A stretch of 64,000 nt of DNA from NCBI GenBank assembly GCA_963735025.1, contig CAVTJG010000020.1, positions 64,502-128,501 of the forward strand. The letters are read 5' to 3'. Source of the DNA: an uncultured beta proteobacterium. Lineage in GTDB: Bacteria > Pseudomonadota > Gammaproteobacteria > Burkholderiales > SG8-39. Made by a program: the position numbers and the translations under genes. The notes below the pieces were generated by a model that saw nothing but the letters and a program-made list of their open reading frames with translations, was not told the origin of the DNA and searched no databases. How positions within the stretch are numbered: the stretch's first letter is position 1; each line of letters opens with the position of its first letter. Shown one piece after another: positions 58,363-64,000 of the stretch.

Positions 58363-59598
58363 ATGGAGCTCCTATATGTCCTTCTCGTGCTGCTCGCCGC
58401 GGCGCGGCTCGCCGGCGAAGTCGCCGAGCGGCTCGGTCAGCCGCCGCTCGTGGGCGAGCTTGTCGCGGGAATCGCGCTCGGGCTGGTCGTCCAGCGCTAC
58501 TCGGGAGCGTTTCCGGTGCTCGCCGGGCTGCGCGACGACGAGGTCTTCACCGCGCTGACCGACCTCGCCATCTTCTTTCTGATGCTCTATGCGGGCGTGG
58601 AGACGCAACCGCGCGAGCTGGCGAAAGCGTCGAAGCGTGCGGTGCTGATCGCCGCGGGCGGAATGCTCGTCCCGCTCGCGATCGGATTCGCGCTCGCCTG
58701 GGCTTATCTGCCAGAGTCGTCGTACAAGCCTGCCCAGGCACTGTTTCTCGGAACGGCGCTCGCGATCACGGCAGTGCCCGTCTCGGTACGGATCCTGATG
58801 GATCTCGGGAAGCTCGACTCGCCGCTCGGCCAGACGATCGTCTCGGCGGCGCTGATCGACGACGTGCTCAGCCTCGTGCTGCTGGCGGTGCTCACCGCGA
58901 TGATTCGCACCGGTGAGCTGCCGGATGCCCATGCGCTTGCGTGGCTTGCCGGGGAGATCGTCGTGTTCTTCGCGATCACGAGCGTGGTCGGGCGCTACCT
59001 CTTTCCGTGGCTCGGCCGCAAGCTCAAGGCGGCGCATGCATCAGAGTTCGAGATGAGCGCGCTGCTTATCGCCGCACTCGGCTATGGGGTGCTCGCCGAG
59101 GCCCTCGGCATGCACTTCATCCTCGGCGCGTTCGTCGCGGGCCTCTTCTTCGTTCGCCGGACGATCGAGCCCAAGATCTACGAGGACATCAAGTCGAAGC
59201 TGAGCGCGATCACGATGGGCTTCTTCGCTCCACTGTTCTTCGCCTCGGTGGGCATGCATCTCGACCTCGTCGCCGCGGTCGAAATCCCGGTGTTCGTAGC
59301 GCTCATGATCGTGGCCGCGTTCGTCGGAAAGCTTGCGGGAGCCGGCCTGCCGGCCCTCGGCCTCGGATTCGGCCGGCGCGACGCGCTCGCGATCGGCACT
59401 GGGATGAGCGCGCGCGGCGCCGTCGAGCTCATCATCGCGGGCGTCGCAATGCGTGCGGGCCTGTTTTCTGTTCCGGACCCGCCACCACCCGAAGTCGCCT
59501 ATCTCTTCTCGGCAGTGGTGATCATGGCGCTCGTGACCACACTCATCACACCGATCGTTCTGAAGCGGCTTGTGAGCGGGTCGCGCAAGGCCAATTGA
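58363..59598 (+). CDS. cation:proton antiporter (CPA2/Kef-type Na+/H+ exchanger family)
   Basis: ORF 58363..59598. It is polytopic, and MELLYVLLVLLAAARLAGEVAERLGQPPLVGELVAGIALG is typical of the Na_H_Exchanger family. Confidence 0.9.
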   Translation: MELLYVLLVLLAAARLAGEVAERLGQPPLVGELVAGIALGLVVQRYSGAFPVLAGLRDDEVFTALTDLAIFFLMLYAGVETQPRELAKASKRAVLIAAGGMLVPLAIGFALAWAYLPESSYKPAQALFLGTALAITAVPVSVRILMDLGKLDSPLGQTIVSAALIDDVLSLVLLAVLTAMIRTGELPDAHALAWLAGEIVVFFAITSVVGRYLFPWLGRKLKAAHASEFEMSALLIAALGYGVLAEALGMHFILGAFVAGLFFVRRTIEPKIYEDIKSKLSAITMGFFAPLFFASVGMHLDLVAAVEIPVFVALMIVAAFVGKLAGAGLPALGLGFGRRDALAIGTGMSARGAVELIIAGVAMRAGLFSVPDPPPPEVAYLFSAVVIMALVTTLITPIVLKRLVSGSRKAN

Positions 59599-60502
59599 GG
59601 GCGCTCAGCGAGTCGGGAAGAAGCTCTATGCAGTACGCAGCCCGAGAGGGCGTTTCGAGGACATTCAGCGATACGCGCGTGCGCACCGCCCGGACGCGGC
59701 GCAACAGAGACGTAGCGGCGCGGTCCGCGACCAGCGCGATCGTCGCTGGGGTCGCGGCGGGTATCCTTCAACGGCGAGTCACCGTCATTGGGCGGCTTGA
59801 TCGGCAACTCATCCGGCTTCGGATCGTCGACTGGTGCGCGTCGCTTCCGCCGCGGGGGTTCGGCTGGGGGCGGCGTCGGCCGGGGATCCTTCATCGGCGT
59901 ACGCCGTCGTCGCGCTACAGCCATGACTGTGACGGAATTGGTCGTAATGGCGAGTGATGGCAGGCGGCTTCTCATTTCTCGATATTGGGAATGACGATCG
60001 CGCTCGTCTTCCCTCTCCACTGTAATAGGCACGGATCGCGTTTTCGGGATTTGCGATGATGATACGTTCCTGAGAGTTGACCCCATGTATGTGGGACTCT
60101 TGGGGGACTCAATAAGGCGCTTTCGTGCGCTCCTCTGCAAAATGTACCCACGGTACGCTCGATAAGGTCAGGTTTAGGCTGACAAAAAATTTACCTGTTG
60201 CTGGCTACGAACCATATATGGACGCTCCCCGGTTTGCAAAGCAGTCTCTTCGTTTTGGCGGGCAGGTGAAGATTGCAGCCATATATCCGGCCTTTGATCG
60301 AGGAATGTCATTCCTCTGGCCCTGATGGATTTCGCTGGTCAACGCCTTATCAGAGGGACGAACTTTTGAGTTCGTGGTTCGTATCAGGTTTGGTCGACCA
60401 CGGTCTGACCTGTTTCGCCATCACGTTGAGCTTGCCTGTGCAATCGGTAGGCGGGTCTCCTTGCTATGCGGGTTGAGCCGCTGTCTATCCGTGCTCGGCG
60501 CT

Positions 60503-61540
60503 TTACCGGCTCGGTGCCCTCGACACGTAATCAGGATCGAACTCGCGTTGGTGCGCGAGCAGCGCCCAGGCGATGCGCACATTCTTGTTGGCGAGCGCCA
60601 CGGCAGCGACGTTCTTGCCGCGCCGGAGCATCAGGCGTTTGAGCCAGCTGTCGGGTCGATCGGGCCGGTGCTCGAGGTGTCGGAGCACCGAGCGCGCGCC
60701 GTGGACGAGCAGCGTGCGCAGGTAGACATCCCCGTGCTTGCTGATGCCCAGGAGCCTGGGTTTGCCGCCGGTGGAATCCTGTCGCGGCACGATCCCCAGC
60801 CAAGCGGCGACCTGGCGCCCATTGTTGAAGCCCTTGGCATTGCCCAGGCTCGCCACGTAGGCGCTGGCCGTAAGTGGCCCGATGCCGCCGATGCGCTCGA
60901 GCCGGCGGCTGTCCTCGTTCTGCCGATGCCAAAGCACGATCTCGCGCTCGAGTTCCGAGACCTGCTGGTCGAGCCCCTGGAGTTGCGCCAGGAGTCTCTT
61001 CATCAGAGTACGCATCAGCCCCGGTAGGCGATTCTCGCTGTCCTCCACGATCTCGGGAAGCCGGCGACGCAGCTGACCAATGCCCTGGGGTAAAACGATT
61101 CCGAACTCGCCCAGCAGCCCGCGGATCTGATTGGCCTGCGCGTTGCGGGCTTTCATCATCCCCGCGCGTGCGCGGTGCAACGCGAGCGCTGCCTGCTGCT
61201 CGGGAGTCTTGACCGGTACGAAGCGCATGTTCGGCCGCGCCACCGCCTCGCAGATCCCCTCGGCATCATTGCGGTCGTTCTTGTTGGTCTTCACGTACGG
61301 CTTGACGAACTGCGGCGCCATGAGCCTGACCTCGTGGCCCAGCTCGACGAGTCTCCGCGCCCAATGGTGGGCGCTGCCACAGGCTTCCATCCCGATCAGG
61401 CAGGGCGGCAGGTCGGTAAAGAACTTCAGCATCTCGCTGCGTCTGAGTTGCTTGCGCAGCACCGCTCGCCCGCGCTCACTCACCCCGTGGACCTGGAACA
61501 CGCTCTTTGCTAGATCGATACCCACTGTCGTAATCTTCAT
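60503..61540 (-). CDS. IS110-family transposase/recombinase
   Basis: Internal Met (MKITTVGIDLAKSVFQVHG) of ORF 60503..61675. DEDD-type N-terminal domain (GIDLAK, GMEACG, NDRNDAEGI) plus a Transposase_20-like C-terminus (IGGIGPLTASAYVA). Confidence 0.92.
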   Translation of the reverse strand: MKITTVGIDLAKSVFQVHGVSERGRAVLRKQLRRSEMLKFFTDLPPCLIGMEACGSAHHWARRLVELGHEVRLMAPQFVKPYVKTNKNDRNDAEGICEAVARPNMRFVPVKTPEQQAALALHRARAGMMKARNAQANQIRGLLGEFGIVLPQGIGQLRRRLPEIVEDSENRLPGLMRTLMKRLLAQLQGLDQQVSELEREIVLWHRQNEDSRRLERIGGIGPLTASAYVASLGNAKGFNNGRQVAAWLGIVPRQDSTGGKPRLLGISKHGDVYLRTLLVHGARSVLRHLEHRPDRPDSWLKRLMLRRGKNVAAVALANKNVRIAWALLAHQREFDPDYVSRAPSR

Positions 61541-61543
61541 GAC

Positions 61544-61622
61544 GGACGCCCCCTCTCGGTTAAGTGGTCGAATCGCACTGCCACTTTGGCGCACGTGACG
61601 CCGCAGCGGGAGGGGAGCGTCC
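61544..61622 (-). ncRNA. candidate structured RNA in the recombinase 5' region (possible IS110 bridge-RNA-like element)
   Basis: A long-range helix pairs GGACGCCCCCTCTC (61544-61557) with GGGAGGGGAGCGTCC (61608-61622), about 14 bp with one bulge. It encloses two hairpins: AAGTGG...CCACTT (61562-61586) and GGCG-CACGTGA-CGCC (61588-61602). Confidence 0.3.
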
Positions 61623-61640
61623 ATCCCATTAGGGGGTCGT

Positions 61641-61666
61641 GGGTTCAAATCCTGCCGGGCGCGCCA
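61641..61666 (+). other. tRNA-Arg-like 3' fragment (T-loop + acceptor + CCA), not an intact tRNA
   Basis: GGGTTCAAATCCTGCCGGGCGCGCCA closely resembles the 3' end of tRNA-Arg as I remember it (..GGTTCGAATCCTGTCGGGCGCGCCA). No matching 5' acceptor strand, D-arm or anticodon arm lies upstream. Confidence 0.6.
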
Positions 61667-61675
61667 TCCATTCAA

Positions 61676-61708
61676 GCCCTTGCGACGTCGCAGGGGCTTT
61701 TCATTTTT
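61676..61708 (+). terminator. rho-independent terminator following the tRNA fragment
   Basis: GCCCTTGCG-ACGT-CGCAGGGGC forms a 9-bp stem with a 4-nt loop and is followed by TTTTCATTTTT. Confidence 0.7.
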
Positions 61709-61853
61709 GCCGGTACTACGCCGGTTCTACGCTTTGACGCCGTGTCTCGTGGGTGAATGCAGCAAAGCGCCGGTGAGCATACTCGAGATGATCCGGCGCG
61801 CGGAAAGCTCTACTTCCGGACTGTCTACCAAACGGGGGAACTTATGAAGGCCG

Positions 61854-62747
61854 TTAGTTCCGGTAGCGCAGCGCGTCGACCAGCAAGTTGAAAGCCGGCG
61901 AAGATTGGCGGCGACTGGGATAAAAGAGATGGTATCCCGAGTATGGCTCGCACCAGTCTTCAAGTACGCGCTTGAATCTACCTTGGGCAACATACGGTTG
62001 CGCCATATCTTCCGGCATGTAGGCGAGACCCAGACCGGCCAATGCCGCGGTAAGCATCTGGCGAGTAGCGTTAAACACACACTGGCCTTCGACTCGTACC
62101 CTCAGTTCGCGCCCGCGTTTCTCGAACTCCCACGCGTACAAGCCGCCATGAACCGGCAGACGCAAATTGATGCAGTTGTGCTCCGTCAAATCCTGCGGCT
62201 TCCTTGGCAGAAATCGCTTCTCAAAATATGACGGCGCGCCGACCACCGCCATGCGAATGTCCGGCCCGATGCGCACCGCGATCATGTCTTTTGCCACTTG
62301 CTCGCCAGATCGCACGCCTGCGTCATAGCGTCCGGCGACAATGTCGGTTAGGCCGTAGTCGATGAATATCTCGACGTTGATGTCTGGATACTGACGCAGG
62401 ATTTTCGCTAGCTTGGGAAGCAGGATTGCTTCGCTCGCGTTTTCCGTCGCCGTGATCCGAATCGTGCCGGCGGGATTGTTTCGAAGTTCGCTTAGCGCCT
62501 CCAGCTCAGCCTCGATCTCCTCGAAGCGGGAGCCCACGCTTGCCAGAAGGCGGTCGCCGGCATCGGTAGGAGAGACGCTGCGCGTCGTTCGAGTCAGTAG
62601 CCGAAGGCCGAGCCTTTCCTCGAGGTTCCTGACCGTGTGGCTGAGCGCGGATTGCGAGATCCCGAGCTTCTTGCCGGCCTTCGTGAAGCTCCGTTCCCGG
62701 GCGACGGCCAGGAACGCCAAGAGATCACTTACGTTCTCGCGGCGCAT
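61854..62747 (-). CDS. LysR-family transcriptional regulator
   Basis: ORF 61854..62747. N-terminal HTH LLAFLAVARERSFTKAGKKLGISQSALSHTVRNLEERLG plus a LysR substrate-binding domain. It is divergent from the MFS gene. Confidence 0.92.
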   Translation of the reverse strand: MRRENVSDLLAFLAVARERSFTKAGKKLGISQSALSHTVRNLEERLGLRLLTRTTRSVSPTDAGDRLLASVGSRFEEIEAELEALSELRNNPAGTIRITATENASEAILLPKLAKILRQYPDINVEIFIDYGLTDIVAGRYDAGVRSGEQVAKDMIAVRIGPDIRMAVVGAPSYFEKRFLPRKPQDLTEHNCINLRLPVHGGLYAWEFEKRGRELRVRVEGQCVFNATRQMLTAALAGLGLAYMPEDMAQPYVAQGRFKRVLEDWCEPYSGYHLFYPSRRQSSPAFNLLVDALRYRN

Positions 62748-62879
62748 TCATGAATTCCTCTCATGGGTCCATGCGCATTGTCCCATCTAATCAAGCAAGT
62801 TCCTAGTGGGTAACCTGTCTTGGCCATGAACACGCAACAGAGCGTTAACGCCATCACCCGAACCGAAAAAGGTAAACCC

Positions 62880-64000
62880 ATGACCACCCAAACTATGGGT
62901 CCCGCCCTCTCCACACTTCAAAAGTGGAGCGCCGTGGGCGCAATGGCAATGTGCGTAGCAATGCTCATCGCCTCGGAGTTCATGCCGGTCAGCCTTCTGA
63001 CGCCGATAGCTGCCGATCTGGGGGCAACCCAGGGAATGGCGGGGCAAGCAATCTCCATTTCGGGTCTCTTTGCGGTAGCAACCAGCTTGTTCATCGCAAC
63101 CATTGCGGGCCGCTTTGATCGCCGTTATGTGCTTATCGCGCTAACGGCCGCGATGTTGGCCTCGTTACTTCTGATTGCCGGCGCACCGAATTTTGGTGTG
63201 TTGATGGCGGCCAGAGCATTGCTGGGCGTAACGATCGGCGGCTTCTGGGCATTGGCTACGGCGACGATCATGCGATTGGTTCCCGCCGATTCCGTGCCGA
63301 AGGCGCTGGGCGTTATGTACACAGGCAATGCAGTGGCCACAGCCTTTGCCGCACCCATAGGGAGCTACCTGGGCGGGATCATCGGCTGGCGCGGCGTGTT
63401 CTTGGCACTAACGCCGATCGTGGTTGTGAACCTGATCTGGCAATGGATCAGCCTGCCTTCGATGCCGCCGCAGGCCGCGAATCCAGTCGTCAAAGTCTTC
63501 AGGCTACTGAGACGGCGCAACGTTGCGTTCGCCATGGTTGGGGTAATGCTCACCTTTGCGGGTGCGTTTGCCACCTTCACGTACTTGCGGCCGTTTCTCG
63601 AGGAGTACACGCAGGTGACCGTGCCTCAACTATCGCTCCTGCTGCTGGGATTAGGGATGGCGGGATTTGCGGGAACTTATGGAGCCAGCGCGCTGCTCGG
63701 GCGCCACCTTTATCCCTTGCTTAGAAGCCTGCCGCTGGCGTTGGGCGCCGTCACGCTTGCGATGCTGCCACTCGGGCATACGCTCTGGGCAATTGCGGCC
63801 GTGATGATTGTCTGGGGCGCTCTCAACTCGGCGATTCCGGTGTCATGGTCAACCTGGCTGGCTCAGGGCATAAGCGACGAGCCGGAAAGCGGAGGCGGGT
63901 TGATCGTGTCCGCGATCCAGCTTTCGATCATGCTGGGCGCGGCGTTCGGCGGACTTCTCCTCGACCATCTCTCAATCGCCGCTACGATGATCGGCGGCAC
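62880..64000 (+). CDS. MFS transporter (3' end beyond window)
   Basis: An open frame runs off the window edge and is absent from the ORF track: MTTQTMGPALSTLQKWSAVGAMAMCVAMLIASEFMPVSLLTPIAADLG...GRFDRRYVLI... with multiple TMs. An alternative in-frame ATG lies at 62826. Confidence 0.85.
   Translation, partial: MTTQTMGPALSTLQKWSAVGAMAMCVAMLIASEFMPVSLLTPIAADLGATQGMAGQAISISGLFAVATSLFIATIAGRFDRRYVLIALTAAMLASLLLIAGAPNFGVLMAARALLGVTIGGFWALATATIMRLVPADSVPKALGVMYTGNAVATAFAAPIGSYLGGIIGWRGVFLALTPIVVVNLIWQWISLPSMPPQAANPVVKVFRLLRRRNVAFAMVGVMLTFAGAFATFTYLRPFLEEYTQVTVPQLSLLLLGLGMAGFAGTYGASALLGRHLYPLLRSLPLALGAVTLAMLPLGHTLWAIAAVMIVWGALNSAIPVSWSTWLAQGISDEPESGGGLIVSAIQLSIMLGAAFGGLLLDHLSIAATMIGG

Larger units (their letters stand above)
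60480..61640 (-). mobile_element. IS110-family insertion sequence (ends not determinable from one copy)
   Basis: A single recombinase gene with non-coding flanks. IS110 elements lack classical terminal inverted repeats, so the boundaries are guesses. The right boundary is set where the tRNA-like sequence begins. Confidence 0.5.

Noticed and set aside
59499-60140. 213-aa minus-strand ORF (Pro/Arg-rich, PTPPPAEPPRRKRRAPVDDPKPDELPIKPP) downstream of the antiporter.
   Set aside because: It overlaps the antiporter 3' end, spans the GC-content break, is low-complexity and matches no family I recognise. I left it unannotated.
60358-60375. Hairpin ACGAAC-TTTTGA-GTTCGT, which looked like a tRNA-Gln(UUG) anticodon arm in the low-GC region.
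   Set aside because: The loop is 6 nt, not 7, and no D-arm, T-arm or acceptor stem can be built around it.
61589-61666. Tried to fold an intact 78-nt tRNA ending at the CCA at 61666 (5' strand GCGCACG).
   Set aside because: The acceptor stem has a mismatch. The only D-stem candidate has a 15-nt loop. Only 18 nt remain for the anticodon arm plus variable region. It is therefore not a functional tRNA, only a 3' fragment.

Overview
This is a 64-kb, high-GC (about two-thirds G+C by eye) proteobacterial-type chromosomal segment. The gene content looks Betaproteobacteria/Burkholderiales-like, but that is inference only.

Gene order, left to right:
- rpoN, dodecin and a PRC-barrel gene.
- A 1277-aa CheB-CheR-PAS-histidine kinase with a FixJ-type regulator.
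- A PAS protein, a class-I disulfide oxidoreductase and a soluble histidine kinase.
- CBS, DksA/TraR and ABM genes, then pssA, a GH-like gene and AsmA.
- A flavodoxin-like quinone reductase fused to a UbiA prenyltransferase.
- Small stress-type genes, an MscS channel and an NtrC-type sigma-54 activator.
- A periplasmic formate dehydrogenase operon.
- A three-subunit FAD/cytochrome c sugar dehydrogenase operon.
- Alternative complex III (actABCDEF), SCO and a caa3 oxidase cluster.
- A CDF transporter, DUF4396, cydAB and sodB.
- PG-binding, HPF, PRC-barrel and Cys-rich four-helix genes, then GH15 and a CPA2 antiporter.
- A lower-GC tail with an IS110-family element, a tRNA-Arg 3' fragment, and LysR and MFS genes.

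Main hunt results:
1. At least eleven exact sigma-54 promoter cores (GGCAYG-N4-TTGC) were found. All are intergenic and point at the adjacent gene. They sit in front of stress-type small proteins, sodB, a sugar dehydrogenase operon, the ACIII-oxidase operon and an antiporter. This suggests an unusually dense RpoN regulon.
2. A ~170-bp tandem duplication lies between two divergent sigma-54 promoters. Each copy carries a perfect 10-bp dyad, so these are candidate enhancer sites.
3. Single-base indels cluster in both terminal oxidase loci (cox, cyd). There are a few elsewhere (fdhA, CDF, two coiled-coil genes) and an in-frame TAG in GH15. These are more likely assembly error than ancient decay, but this is unresolved.
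4. A structured element upstream of the IS110 recombinase abuts a tRNA-Arg T-arm/acceptor fragment.

No CRISPR array, rRNA or intact tRNA was seen. Coordinates derived from the ORF track are exact. Start codons and pseudogene ends are estimates.
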